A stretch of DNA of 64,000 nt from a virus. Taxonomy: Duplodnaviria; Caudoviricetes. Under the pieces are notes generated by a model. The model was not told the origin of the DNA. It worked only from the letters and a program-made list of their open reading frames with translations, and made no database searches. Positions 37,732-47,465 of this stretch are shown in pieces (the stretch's first letter is position 1; every line of letters starts with the position of its first letter). The stretch spans positions 1-64,000 of IMG/VR virus record IMGVR_UViG_2526164702_000004; one strand, 5' to 3'. The translations under genes and the position numbers were made by a program.

Positions 37732-38463
37732 ATGATGACACCTCATTCCACAGCCAAAGCCGTTCGACGGCTGTCCGAAGAAGCACTTGGCCGATTATAT
37801 TTTTCAAACGGACCTTCGGTAGATAATTTCAGCCTATTGCGATATAAAAAAATTTTTGAATCAATGCTTTTAAACGGCGAAGCGGATGAACAAGACATTG
37901 CCGCTTTGGGAATGGTTTATTTTAATCTGAGTGATAAAGATAATTTTGAAAAATGCCTCATCCAAAATATGGAACGTTTAAACTCAGTGTACTTACTCAA
38001 AATGTATGTGTCTGGTAAGCTACACATGAAATGGCTTAATAAATCCAAAGATTCGGAAGATGAACTTTTGTCTTTTTGGTTTAATCATCCAATTAATAAA
38101 GATAAGAGTTCAATTGATTTTAACTCTTACTTAAGGGAAATTGCCTTCCTGAAAAGGCTTTATGTTTTGGAACACACTTTATGTGTAATGATTTCTATCT
38201 CTGAAAATAGAACCGTTACGATGACTGCAGGGCCTTTGAAATATATGATAGAATATGATGCCATACCAAGTGCTAATTTTAGGTATCAATTTTGTAAGGA
38301 AATATCAATAGACGTTTTTAATAAAACTTTTACAAAAGAGAAGCAAGAATTTTTGAGATATTACATGGGTTCAAAATTTTTTGAGTCAGCACTGAAAATG
38401 ATAACCCCTAAAAAAATTTCCACTTTGCCAAACAAATCTAAATATTTCATTGCAGACATTTGA
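37732..38463 (+). CDS. hypothetical protein
   Basis: 243-aa ORF, no recognised motif. Confidence 0.6.
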   Translation: MMTPHSTAKAVRRLSEEALGRLYFSNGPSVDNFSLLRYKKIFESMLLNGEADEQDIAALGMVYFNLSDKDNFEKCLIQNMERLNSVYLLKMYVSGKLHMKWLNKSKDSEDELLSFWFNHPINKDKSSIDFNSYLREIAFLKRLYVLEHTLCVMISISENRTVTMTAGPLKYMIEYDAIPSANFRYQFCKEISIDVFNKTFTKEKQEFLRYYMGSKFFESALKMITPKKISTLPNKSKYFIADI

Positions 38464-38756
38464 TTTCGTGTGGAGGCAACTACATTAGTAAACCCTTCTA
38501 TTCGAAAAATAGGGAAGCGGATTTTTGTTCTGCATTGTGTAGAGTTAAGAAAAGGAGTATGTTTGGACTTAAGGCGTTTGATTTTTTTCCAGGTGGGGAA
38601 TTTCCTCACCTGTTTCGAGTTATTAAGTCTTATAAGAATCAAAAGTGTCGTTGTCAATTGTTGACTATGCCGATAGATTAGTATATATCGTAACTAAGAT
38701 ATATAAACATAGGAGTGGACAAATCAAGAGGGCAAAATCTTGTGGGGTAGAATAAA

Positions 38757-39266
38757 ATGATAGAAATTGGAAAAGTAGTATTATTCGGGAAAATTTGGCG
38801 CCATGTGAATGGGCATTCTCTGAAAATTCATTATCTGATTTTCGAACAAAAAGGTCCCGAAGATGAGTCTGGATATGCGGCTGTTGCACTTGAGTTAGGA
38901 TTATTCTCTTGGGGAATTGACGAGATAAAGTCTAAATCAAATCTTTTTCAACATATTGAAGAATATCTATCCTCACTAAAAGAAAATGAGGGCCTGTATG
39001 AGTTGCTCAAAAATACTCAATTAGAGGAGTATTGGGGAATTTATAGGCAACTTTTATTTCTTTGCGGAGATCCAGAGACAGATAAGTTAAGAGCAGTATC
39101 TAAAGAAAACGAAGAATTAAAAAATTCTAATTCCATTGTTGAGGAAAAATTTAGAGAATCTGAAGAAAGAAATTCTGAGTTAAAAGTTTCTCTTTCGATG
39201 CTTCAGGGTCTTTACGAAAATTTGAAAAAAGAAAAATCAAGCGTAGATACTCAAGTTGCATCCTGA
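38757..39266 (+). CDS. HicB-like domain plus coiled coil
   Basis: GYAAVALELGLFSWG...NLFQHIEEYL resembles the HicB N-domain. Confidence 0.5.
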   Translation: MIEIGKVVLFGKIWRHVNGHSLKIHYLIFEQKGPEDESGYAAVALELGLFSWGIDEIKSKSNLFQHIEEYLSSLKENEGLYELLKNTQLEEYWGIYRQLLFLCGDPETDKLRAVSKENEELKNSNSIVEEKFRESEERNSELKVSLSMLQGLYENLKKEKSSVDTQVAS

Positions 39267-39522
39267 TTGGTTAAGTTATGAAAAAGTAATCGAAAAGCTC
39301 AAGGTAAAATTCTTGGGCTTAGTAATCCAAACGGATAGTAAAATTTCCACTGGTGCAACAAAAGATTATGTGCATGTAGATTTGTATTTTCCGGATCGGA
39401 AGTATCCAATACCCTTACATTGTTATCTACCGAAAAAAGCAATTTATAGAAATCGCTTCTTGGTTATTTGCAATACGATCAATTTAGACATTCGAGAATT
39501 CGACAGTGAGTGTAGATTTTAA
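39256..39522 (+). CDS. divergent HicA-like protein
   Basis: alpha-beta-beta-beta-alpha pattern, YPIPLH; overlaps the upstream gene. Confidence 0.35.
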   Translation: MHPDWLSYEKVIEKLKVKFLGLVIQTDSKISTGATKDYVHVDLYFPDRKYPIPLHCYLPKKAIYRNRFLVICNTINLDIREFDSECRF

Positions 39523-39776
39523 ATTCAATAATTTATTTCCAAGTCTCAATACATCACATTAAAAAACCCTAATGCGTTATATCTCGTGTCAAATTGGGCA
39601 AAAGTAAAAATCGTTCATTTTTTCGAAACTCGTATCAAGTATGCGTCGGATAATCTGAGGCCCGACGATGACTGTGCTGAGAAAAAAGATAATAGACTTA
39701 CTTTTAGAATTCGCTGAAGATATTAAAAAAAATAAAGATTCGATTTTAAAACAATCCGAAAGATACGCTGATAAAC

Positions 39777-40199
39777 TTATTGCCGTCTTCCAGGAAAAAA
39801 CCGATCAAAAATAGAGAGGAAGATTTTACGCTCCCTCTCGTCTAACTCTAATAGCCGCTCGATCATTGGCCTAAACCCAGATTCGTCCAATCGTCGATTG
39901 AATACGCGATTCCGATCTATTTCGTAAATCGTTTCAATTTGATTTTGAGTGAGTGATTCAAGCAGGTCTTTGGAAACAAATTTTTCTCCGTCTCCAAAGA
40001 TTAACCAGAATGGTGAATAGCCGTAATTAAGCATTATTTTATAAGCAAGGTCAAAAGGTATATCACGTTTATTTGATAAATAAAGTGAGATTACTTCGGG
40101 AAAAGTATCGCAAGCCGCAGCCAGCTCTTTTGATAACAAATTAGTTTCCTCTAATATGATTTCGAGCCTTGTGCTTTGTCCTTTATCTTTATGTCTCAT
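39777..40199 (-). CDS. XRE-type HTH repressor
   Basis: LSKELAAACDTFPEVISLYLSNKRDIP...SPFWLIFGDG. Confidence 0.82.
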   Translation of the reverse strand: MRHKDKGQSTRLEIILEETNLLSKELAAACDTFPEVISLYLSNKRDIPFDLAYKIMLNYGYSPFWLIFGDGEKFVSKDLLESLTQNQIETIYEIDRNRVFNRRLDESGFRPMIERLLELDERERKIFLSIFDRFFPGRRQ

Positions 40200-40220
40200 A
40201 TATAAATTTATGTCGCTTTA

Positions 40221-40306
40221 AAAAATTAACGTTTTGTTAATTTTTGATTTGACTTTGCAAAACTTTTGCCTCAAATTCGGGACAAAATTAACGTTTTGTT
40301 AATATT
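40221..40306. promoter_or_regulatory. two operators AATTAAC-GTTTT-GTTAAT in the divergent promoter region
   Basis: Copies at 40221-40245 (perfect 10-bp arms) and 40284-40306; TTGACT at 40249. Confidence 0.75.
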
Positions 40307-40386
40307 ATGTTTTCGGTGATCAGGAGAGCGAAAATGAGCGAAAAATTTGATATATTTTTAAAGCGGATTTAGATTACTTAACATTT

Positions 40387-41295
40387 GTGAAGTTGTTGGA
40401 AATAGGTATGGTTTTATCGGTTTGTGTTTCGTTTTTTGTTTTTTGGTTGGGGATTTACGTTTATCGTAATTCGATTCAAAGCGAGTCCTCTCAAAAGTGG
40501 TTTTTGTTATTTGCGTTATCCCTTGGAGCCTGGGTTTTTATTTTGGGTGCGCGCAATGTGGTAATGCTGGAATTGCGTGAATTTTTGCATGAGTTGACCC
40601 TTATCCCGATCTTGTTTACTCCGTATCTATTTTTTAGGTTTGTTAAAAGTCTATTTAATCCTCAATACAAACAGAGTAGGGTAGGGCTTGCAATAAACAC
40701 GGCACTAATAACGTATTTTTTGTATTGTGCTATTACTCGTCAATTTGTGCAACTTTTGGATACAGTCAATTTTGCGTATAAGCCAACATATAAATATCAT
40801 ATATTTATAATATACTGTGCTACGTATTTTATAGGCTCTTTGGTTGTGTTGTGGTTAGAGGTTAGACGCTATCAGCAACACAAAATACAGGCTATACTGA
40901 TCACGACCGGGACTCTAATCGCTGTGGCTATTTGTGTTTTGTTTGTTTATATTTTGCCTTTGCAGGGGATTTTCCTTGCACCTTATTCGGCTGTCGGTGT
41001 TGCAATAGCAGGTCTATTTTTCGCTGCCGCAGCTTTGCTGGGCAACGCTTTGATTACGAACGCAAATATTGAGTCAGGGGATCCTGTGCCAAGATTTAGC
41101 AGGACGGTCGTATTGTTGGTTGTTGTAATTTACAAATATGTTGATCCGATTGAATTTCTGATCTTGGCATACAAGTTAGAAAAAACTAACAAGAGGCTTT
41201 GGGGATTATTTCGGGCGTTATATTTAGAGGATGTAGATATAGGGGCTCATATCCAAAAAACAGCAAAAGAAATAACAATGGAATCAAACTTATGA
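40387..41295 (+). CDS. 7TM membrane protein (HisKA_7TM-like) without kinase domain
   Basis: About 7 hydrophobic helices; short cytoplasmic tail. Confidence 0.7.
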   Translation: MKLLEIGMVLSVCVSFFVFWLGIYVYRNSIQSESSQKWFLLFALSLGAWVFILGARNVVMLELREFLHELTLIPILFTPYLFFRFVKSLFNPQYKQSRVGLAINTALITYFLYCAITRQFVQLLDTVNFAYKPTYKYHIFIIYCATYFIGSLVVLWLEVRRYQQHKIQAILITTGTLIAVAICVLFVYILPLQGIFLAPYSAVGVAIAGLFFAAAALLGNALITNANIESGDPVPRFSRTVVLLVVVIYKYVDPIEFLILAYKLEKTNKRLWGLFRALYLEDVDIGAHIQKTAKEITMESNL

Positions 41296-41486
41296 AACTT
41301 ATTATGCCAAACATAAGATTTAAGTGTGACCATTGTGGTGCTATAAACGAGGGAGTGCCAAGTGAATTTAAAAAGAAAAATACTTATCCGCCCACTTGGG
41401 ACGGCACTTGCGTCTTGTGTAGCAATGATTCAGTTATTACGCACCCGGCATTAATCTCAATATTAGTTGGGCGCCTTTTTGAGTAG
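41292..41486 (+). CDS. small zinc-ribbon protein
   Basis: CDHC...CVLC; ATGA overlap with the 7TM gene. Confidence 0.55.
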   Translation: MKLIMPNIRFKCDHCGAINEGVPSEFKKKNTYPPTWDGTCVLCSNDSVITHPALISILVGRLFE

Positions 41487-41574
41487 CTATTAACGTAACT
41501 TAATATTTGTTTACAACTAAACAAAGCCTTTAGTGAGTTCTTGACAAAAACCAAATTTAATCTATTTTTGAGAC

Positions 41575-41799
41575 ATGGATTATAAAAATAGATTAAGTGC
41601 CAATCCAAATGTCATGCTGGGAAAACCGGTGATAAAAGGAACGCGGATTACCGTAGAACTTATCCTTGAAAGATTGGGAGAAGGATTGTCAATTGAAGAG
41701 ATTCTAACCGCAACTCCTGGTATTGTAAGAGATGATATTTTAGCATGTCTATCTTACTCTAGCGAAGTCATATCACGAGAAAGTTTACTTGCAAGTTAA
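41575..41799 (+). CDS. DUF433 antitoxin
   Basis: GKPVIKGTRITVELILE...EEIL...P. Confidence 0.9.
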   Translation: MDYKNRLSANPNVMLGKPVIKGTRITVELILERLGEGLSIEEILTATPGIVRDDILACLSYSSEVISRESLLAS

Positions 41800-41857
41800 T
41801 ATTCTTGCAGACGAAAACGTTGATTTTCGAATAATTCAACCGATATATAAATACTGA
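41789..41857 (+). pseudogene. truncated DUF5615 PIN-like toxin
   Basis: ILADENVDFRII followed by a stop after 22 aa. Confidence 0.7.
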
Positions 41858-41877
41858 TTACTGAGGAAACGAAAACA

Positions 41878-42036
41878 ATGGCTGCAACACCAATTCAAAA
41901 GATACCAACGCTTACGGGTGAGGCCGCAAAACGCTTTATTGAACGAGCAGATTCAACGGAGCGCCCAACTCTATCCATTTCTGAGCAACAAAGAAAAATG
42001 TACGCCGCACTCTCAGAAAAAAACAAACAAAAATAA
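41878..42036 (+). CDS. small antitoxin-like protein (52 aa)
   Basis: MAATPIQKIPTLTGEAAKRFIERA; GAGG SD; resembles partners of GNAT toxins (recall). Confidence 0.5.
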   Translation: MAATPIQKIPTLTGEAAKRFIERADSTERPTLSISEQQRKMYAALSEKNKQK

Positions 42037-42059
42037 TCTTCTCTTTGTGGAGTTACCAA

Positions 42060-42134
42060 GTTTCAGCACAAGGTGTTTATCCTGCTGTACTAATAGGATT
42101 TGCGATTCATTCTGAATTTCTAATTAAAAAATAA
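42060..42134 (+). pseudogene. GNAT toxin remnant
   Basis: YPAVLIG-FAIHSEF resembles the PAVLIGRLAV motif; no start codon. Confidence 0.4.
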
Positions 42135-42224
42135 GTGACATAAAAGGCACAGGATTGTATAATTTGCCATTATTAAATTGTCCTGTATTTGTGATAACAT
42201 GTAGCAAATATAGTTTTATGTATT

Positions 42225-42998
42225 ATGATGGGCACAATGGCAACCGCAAGAAAACGTAATTCAAACCGTTCATCTGGTGAGCGTTTGCTTTTTGATTTTC
42301 AAAAATCAAAAGAAGAATTAGAACAAGAAGCCCTTGAAAAAGAATATTATGATTATCTTTTTCGTATCGATGCAAAAGTTACACGTTTTGCTTTTGATTC
42401 TGTATTAAATAATTCTAAATCATCTGGTGCAATTCCACTTTTTTACAAAGGCGATTCTACACTTTTGCGTAGACGTGCAGTTTCGATTGTCGGCACCCGC
42501 AATCCATCTAAAAAGGGTCAAGAGACCGCTGCAGCAATTACAGAAGCAGTTATAAAACTTGGATTTGTAGTAGTATCAGGTCTTGCAAAGGGTATTGATT
42601 CCGTAGCACATTCAACCGCTTTAGTAGCCAAGGGCTCGACTATTGCAGTTTTAGGTACACCAATACATAAGATTTATCCTGCAGAAAATAAATTTTTAGC
42701 AGAAGAAATTTCAGAGAATGGACTGATACTATCCATGAATCTACCACATGAGGAGAAAGGGACTTATCTTTTTCCTAGACGAAATAGATTAATGGCACTA
42801 ATGACCGAAGCAACAATTGTTGTCGAAGCAGGTGAAACTTCTGGGGTAATTCATCAAGCTGCAGAATGCAAACGGCTGCATAAAAAGTTAATTTTTTCAA
42901 AATCTCTTGTCGAACAAAAATACGATTGGGTTTCTAAATTTATCAATAGTGGCGCGTTAGTCGCAGAAAGTTCTAACCATCTAAAGCAGATTCTTTAA
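42225..42998 (+). CDS. DprA/Smf-like (SLOG) protein
   Basis: SIVGTR, VVSGLAKGID, AVLGT, FPRRNR and VEAGETSG. Confidence 0.9.
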   Translation: MMGTMATARKRNSNRSSGERLLFDFQKSKEELEQEALEKEYYDYLFRIDAKVTRFAFDSVLNNSKSSGAIPLFYKGDSTLLRRRAVSIVGTRNPSKKGQETAAAITEAVIKLGFVVVSGLAKGIDSVAHSTALVAKGSTIAVLGTPIHKIYPAENKFLAEEISENGLILSMNLPHEEKGTYLFPRRNRLMALMTEATIVVEAGETSGVIHQAAECKRLHKKLIFSKSLVEQKYDWVSKFINSGALVAESSNHLKQIL

Positions 42999-43007
42999 AA
43001 GATACTC

Positions 43008-43730
43008 ATGTCTGTATATTCTTTTAATATACTCAGTTTATCTTCAGAGCAATCTGTATATGATAAAAATCTAAAATATGGTTATCTAGCCAGATACTTT
43101 ACTCCAGTCACACAATCTAAACAAAATCCATTTATGACAGTTGAGGAGTATCGTAATCTTACATATTCCCCTAATATATTAAATTACAAGGAAGGAACAT
43201 CTAATGCCATAGACTTTTTTATTTCTGGAATGAAAAAATTTCTTGATCATATATTAGAGTTACATAATGAACAAAATGCTATTTTAATACCAGTGCCATC
43301 TTCAAAAGCAAAAAATGACCCTTTTTATAATAATCAACCTAAAAACAAAAATCTTGATGCACCACCTTTAAGGAAAAGAAATAGAGACAATAGAAATATA
43401 ATATTTGTAAATCGCATTTGTGAATCCGATAATAAATATAAATGTGTGGAAGGAATTCATAGAATATCGTCTAAGAAAGAAAAAGAAAGAATTCCTATTG
43501 AAGATTATATTAGTGATTTAGAGATAAGACATACTGAAGAGTTGAATGGGAAGTGTGTCATTTTGATTGACGATATTAAAACCCATGGAACTACTTTTGA
43601 TGCGTGTTTAAGATTGATAGATAATCATGCAACGCCTAGTCTGTTGATAACTATTGCAATTGGGCAAACAAGATCCCATGAAAGTTTTAAAAACGAAAGA
43701 AAAGAAATTTTAGAGCCAGACTTTTTTTAA
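43008..43730 (+). CDS. phosphoribosyltransferase-fold protein
   Basis: IPVPSS and VILIDDIKTHGTT PRPP loop. Confidence 0.85.
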   Translation: MSVYSFNILSLSSEQSVYDKNLKYGYLARYFTPVTQSKQNPFMTVEEYRNLTYSPNILNYKEGTSNAIDFFISGMKKFLDHILELHNEQNAILIPVPSSKAKNDPFYNNQPKNKNLDAPPLRKRNRDNRNIIFVNRICESDNKYKCVEGIHRISSKKEKERIPIEDYISDLEIRHTEELNGKCVILIDDIKTHGTTFDACLRLIDNHATPSLLITIAIGQTRSHESFKNERKEILEPDFF

Positions 43731-44010
43731 TAATATTGCACCGAGGCCGATTTGCGTTCTTGATGCAGAGGAATTGGCAATGTATAAAGCATTTATCGAA
43801 TCTAAGAAAAAGATAATCAAAAAATCAATTATATAAAATAATCTTTCAAACCACATCTACTTTAAAAAAGCATAAAGTAATTTTCAAGCCTTCTGATTGT
43901 AATTTATATTATGTCTCTTCGTATAAATTATTATTAACCAAAATTATTTGACGTTTATGGCAAGGTTGTTTTATTTTGCCAAAACTAAAATTATTTGAGG
44001 TAAATGTGAG

Positions 44011-44259
44011 ATGAAATCGAAAGGAGTGGCTTATGTGCTTTGGTTATTTAGTTTTTTCGGATGGTTTGGATTGCATCGATTTTACATAGGTAAAGTTGGA
44101 ACAGGGATTCTTTGGATCTTTACAGGTGGTTTATTTGGACTTGGTTCACTTTATGATTTATTTTCTTTAGGTGGTCAGGTGGATGCTGTTAATACAACTA
44201 AAGAATTGAAAGAGATTCGGACTGCAACTTTAGCAAATATATCTAATAAAAACATCTAA
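44011..44259 (+). CDS. TM2-domain membrane protein
   Basis: AYVLWLF..FGWFGLHRFYIGK. Confidence 0.85.
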   Translation: MKSKGVAYVLWLFSFFGWFGLHRFYIGKVGTGILWIFTGGLFGLGSLYDLFSLGGQVDAVNTTKELKEIRTATLANISNKNI

Positions 44260-44279
44260 TCAAAATTCAGGAAACATCT

Positions 44280-45668
44280 ATGTCTACGTTCTTTGCTCTC
44301 GTAATTTTATTTGTTCTATTCTGTTTCCCGTTTCTATTATATTTCTATTACAAAAAAGTAAAACAATTCAATGAGCTATATAATAAGTATAAAGATATTA
44401 TTGATTTAGAAAAACATAAGTCAAATGTCATTAACGAGACCGATGATTTGATACGCGAAAGGAATCGCAAACTGAATGAAATACAAGTAGAGATTGATCA
44501 ACTAAGAAAAGATTATTTAGAAAAAAGACAATTATTTGAAAACCTAATTCGTGAAGTCGCAATTTATGAAGACAAGTCTGAGATTATAAGTCACGGTTTG
44601 TATAAACCTCATTTTGACTTTGATACTTCAGACGAATATAAAGAAGCACTTTTAGAGATAAGAGAATCTTGTAAAGAGATGATTAAATCCGAGACAGCAG
44701 CATCTGCTTCAGTTGCTTGGCATGTAAACGGAAGTTACACAGAAGGGAAAAAACAAACAAAACATTATATTAAGTTAATGCTCCGTGCATTTAATGGCGA
44801 ATGCGATGCAATGATCGCTGATGTACGTTGGAATAATATCTCAAAAATGGAAGAACGAATAGCTAAGGTTCATGATGCGATAAATAAATTAGGTGAAACA
44901 CATTATATAAAAATTACAAACGATTACTATAGGTTAAAACTACAAGAATTACAACTTACTCATGAATATAGAGATAAAATTTATCAAGAAAAACAGGAAC
45001 AAAAGAGGATCCAAGAACAAATTCGTGAAGAAGAAAAGGTTCAAAGAGAAATTGAAAAGGCGTTAAGAGATTCAGAAGACGAAGAAAAACGATACACTAA
45101 GGCTTTGGAACAGGCAAAAAAAGAACTGGAAAAAGCCCAGGGCGAACAGTTGCAATTGGTCCAAGCAAAAATGGAAGCTTTGCAAAAAGAATTAGAGAAT
45201 GCACAAAGCGCAAAACAAAGAGCCTTATCTTTAGCCCAACAAACAAAAGTAGGGCATGTATATGTAATATCTAATATAGGTTCGTTCGGAGAAAGTGTAT
45301 TTAAGGTGGGGATGACACGGCGATTAGATCCAATGGACCGTGTAAAGGAATTAGGAGATGCGTCTGTTCCGTTTGAATTTGACGTTCACGCAATTGTTTA
45401 TTCTGAAAATGCGCCTGAACTCGAAAAATTGCTTCATAAAAACTTTGATCATAAAAGAGTAAACCTTGTAAACAACCGAAAAGAATTTTTTGAAATTACT
45501 CTGGATGAGATAGAGCAAATTGTAAAAAAACATAATGGTGATGTGCAATTTACAAAAGCAGCTGAAGCAAGGGAATATCGAGAGTCTATGAAAATTAAAT
45601 TAAATCGTCAAAATACAAATGTATCTACAATGTCAAATGTCTTAGACTCCATACCGCAAAGTATATAG
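44280..45668 (+). CDS. membrane-anchored DUF4041 / T5orf172 GIY-YIG nuclease (PD-lambda-1/SNIPE-like)
   Basis: N-terminal TM; LMLRAFNGECD; GHVYVISNIGSFG...KVGMTRR; SVPFEFDVH. Confidence 0.85.
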   Translation: MSTFFALVILFVLFCFPFLLYFYYKKVKQFNELYNKYKDIIDLEKHKSNVINETDDLIRERNRKLNEIQVEIDQLRKDYLEKRQLFENLIREVAIYEDKSEIISHGLYKPHFDFDTSDEYKEALLEIRESCKEMIKSETAASASVAWHVNGSYTEGKKQTKHYIKLMLRAFNGECDAMIADVRWNNISKMEERIAKVHDAINKLGETHYIKITNDYYRLKLQELQLTHEYRDKIYQEKQEQKRIQEQIREEEKVQREIEKALRDSEDEEKRYTKALEQAKKELEKAQGEQLQLVQAKMEALQKELENAQSAKQRALSLAQQTKVGHVYVISNIGSFGESVFKVGMTRRLDPMDRVKELGDASVPFEFDVHAIVYSENAPELEKLLHKNFDHKRVNLVNNRKEFFEITLDEIEQIVKKHNGDVQFTKAAEAREYRESMKIKLNRQNTNVSTMSNVLDSIPQSI

Positions 45669-45761
45669 AAAACGATAAAATCTATTATGAAACTTATCGG
45701 AAAGTTTGCAGTTTCGAAAGTGAGAATTAGAGAAATACACTTGTAACAATTCAAACCATAC

Positions 45762-46157
45762 CTACTTTAAAAACGTTTCGATAATCGTCTTAATTTTCTT
45801 TAAGTCTTCTGGCTGTATCTTTACAAGTATCTCTGCAATCTCGCATAATGTAGGATTATTAATAATCTTACGGGATAGTATGATCCCTTTTTCAATCAGT
45901 TCTTTTTCTGCTTCTGTTACATTCAAAGGAGTTGTATTCTTTTCGGGTCCTATTCCTTTGTGTGTCCACTCTTTTCTAAATCCATACTTTAGTTCGATTA
46001 CGATAGTAATACGATCAGTCAAATCCCGTTTATTATTCTCGAGCTGACTTAAGAGCTCCTGACTGATTCCAATCGATTTCGCAAATTCGTCCTGGCTGAT
46101 TTTTTGCCCGGTTCCCTCTGTTCGTATGTATTTGATTCTTTCGCCTGGTGTGTTCAA
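45762..46157 (-). CDS. CI-like repressor
   Basis: ISQDEFAKSIGISQELLSQLENNKR; divergent from cro. Confidence 0.85.
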   Translation of the reverse strand: MNTPGERIKYIRTEGTGQKISQDEFAKSIGISQELLSQLENNKRDLTDRITIVIELKYGFRKEWTHKGIGPEKNTTPLNVTEAEKELIEKGIILSRKIINNPTLCEIAEILVKIQPEDLKKIKTIIETFLK

Positions 46158-46259
46158 ATAAATATTTCTCTTTAATAAAATTTACTTGTAAAATATTGCA
46201 TTGTAATACATGGTCATCCCAGCAATTAAGCACCACAACGCACTGACAGGAGAGATAAA

Positions 46260-46505
46260 TTGAGCGTCGCAAAAAATCAAGGGCGAATTTGGCCCAAAGG
46301 TGTTATGTCCCGTGAAGAGATTAAGACGGAGCTGCAGTTTTTAAATAAAACTTATGATGTGATTTCTCACGAAACAGGAATGTCGTACGACGTTGTCCGC
46401 GGAACGATTGCGGGAAGAAAACGAAATGCCGTCGTTCTTCAGTATCTTACGAATCTTGGCATCGATCACGGAAGAACCCCAAGCCCGAGCCGCAAGGCAA
46501 GCTAA
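46260..46505 (+). CDS. Cro-like HTH protein
   Basis: ISHETGMSYDVVRGTIAG; divergent from cI. Confidence 0.7.
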   Translation: MSVAKNQGRIWPKGVMSREEIKTELQFLNKTYDVISHETGMSYDVVRGTIAGRKRNAVVLQYLTNLGIDHGRTPSPSRKAS

Positions 46506-46560
46506 GTAATATTAGAAAAACATAAAACGCTTCGTGGGTTCCCGACACACAGAGGCAACG

Positions 46561-46737
46561 ATGGAAAATTCGCAGAACAGAGAGATAGAAAAAATTGAAT
46601 ACTTTTGGCAGTACAACAAGCACGGAATACAGCGGCCATTGTGTAGGGTACTGGCATTGTATCAGTGTGCTTATCTTCGGTACATGATCGATTGGTTCAG
46701 GCCGCTGGAAGTAAGAGAGAAAGTAGTAAGGACTTGA
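46561..46737 (+). CDS. small hypothetical early protein
   Basis: GAGG SD before ATG 46561; its stop overlaps the TTG of the first bridging ORF. Confidence 0.5.
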   Translation: MENSQNREIEKIEYFWQYNKHGIQRPLCRVLALYQCAYLRYMIDWFRPLEVREKVVRT

Positions 46738-46776
46738 GAGATTTACGGGATATAGCAAAGATGGAATTGAGAGATG
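46725..46776 (+). repeat. 52-bp leader, exact copy at 47121-47172
   Basis: agtaaggacttgagagatttacgggatatagcaaagatggaattgagagatg. Confidence 0.92.
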
Positions 46777-47031
46777 GCAATAGAAAAGAAATTGATAACG
46801 GAAGCAATAAAGCGACGTCGTCAAAATATGGACACAGAGGCGGCGGATCGAGAAATGCTTATTCAGTATATTCGTCAATTCGTGGATTCGCAACGTGGGA
46901 ATCAAAAACTTTTAGCCGAAGCAAGCTCTATTCCTCAGAACAAAATATCCAGTTTAATACGGGAGCGCAGCTTTTCACCCGGAATGGATACGATCATAAA
47001 GCTTGCCGAAACAATACAAAATATCCAGTAA
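46774..47031 (+). CDS. array HTH 1 (helix QNKISS)
   Basis: RGNQKLLAEASSIPQNKISSLIR..SPGM. Confidence 0.85.
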   Translation: MAIEKKLITEAIKRRRQNMDTEAADREMLIQYIRQFVDSQRGNQKLLAEASSIPQNKISSLIRERSFSPGMDTIIKLAETIQNIQ

Positions 47032-47073
47032 GTGGATATTATTTACTTGACTTATATCCATCTTGTGGATATT
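47020..47073 (+). promoter_or_regulatory. operator pair/promoter after HTH1: ATATCCA-N5-TGGATAT x2
   Basis: Sites 33 bp apart; TTGACT at 47047. Confidence 0.85.
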
Positions 47074-47169
47074 TAATCCCTCACAACAATACCCCAACCC
47101 TTAACCAAACAAGCGAAAGAAGTAAGGACTTGAGAGATTTACGGGATATAGCAAAGATGGAATTGAGAG

Positions 47170-47412
47170 ATGAAAAATATACACGATGTGATAACCAACC
47201 GAAAGAATTGTCTTCGGTCGGAAGCCGAAGAGAAAGAATATCTAATCGATTATATCCGGAAGTTTGTCGATGCCAAAAGGGGAAATCAAAAACTTTTAGC
47301 GGAAGCAAGTGGCATTCGTCAGTCAACAATCTCCAATCTAATACGCAATGCAGGACCATCGCCCGGAATGGAAGTCATCATAGCTCTTGCCGAAGAAATT
47401 CAAAAAATTTAA
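47170..47412 (+). CDS. array HTH 2 (helix QSTISN)
   Basis: Paralogue of HTH1. Confidence 0.85.
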   Translation: MKNIHDVITNRKNCLRSEAEEKEYLIDYIRKFVDAKRGNQKLLAEASGIRQSTISNLIRNAGPSPGMEVIIALAEEIQKI

Positions 47413-47459
47413 AGTTTAAATATTTAAATCTTGACAAATATTTAATTTTTAAATATATT
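47404..47459 (+). promoter_or_regulatory. operator pair/promoter after HTH2: ATTTA-N5-TAAAT x2
   Basis: TTGACA 47431-N17-TATATT 47454. Confidence 0.85.
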
Positions 47460-47465
47460 CCCCAC

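Noticed and set aside
46158-46259. CI/Cro operators
   Set aside because: Only weak palindromes with inconsistent spacers (TTTACTTGTAAA, TATTGCATTGTAATA); cannot be defined with confidence
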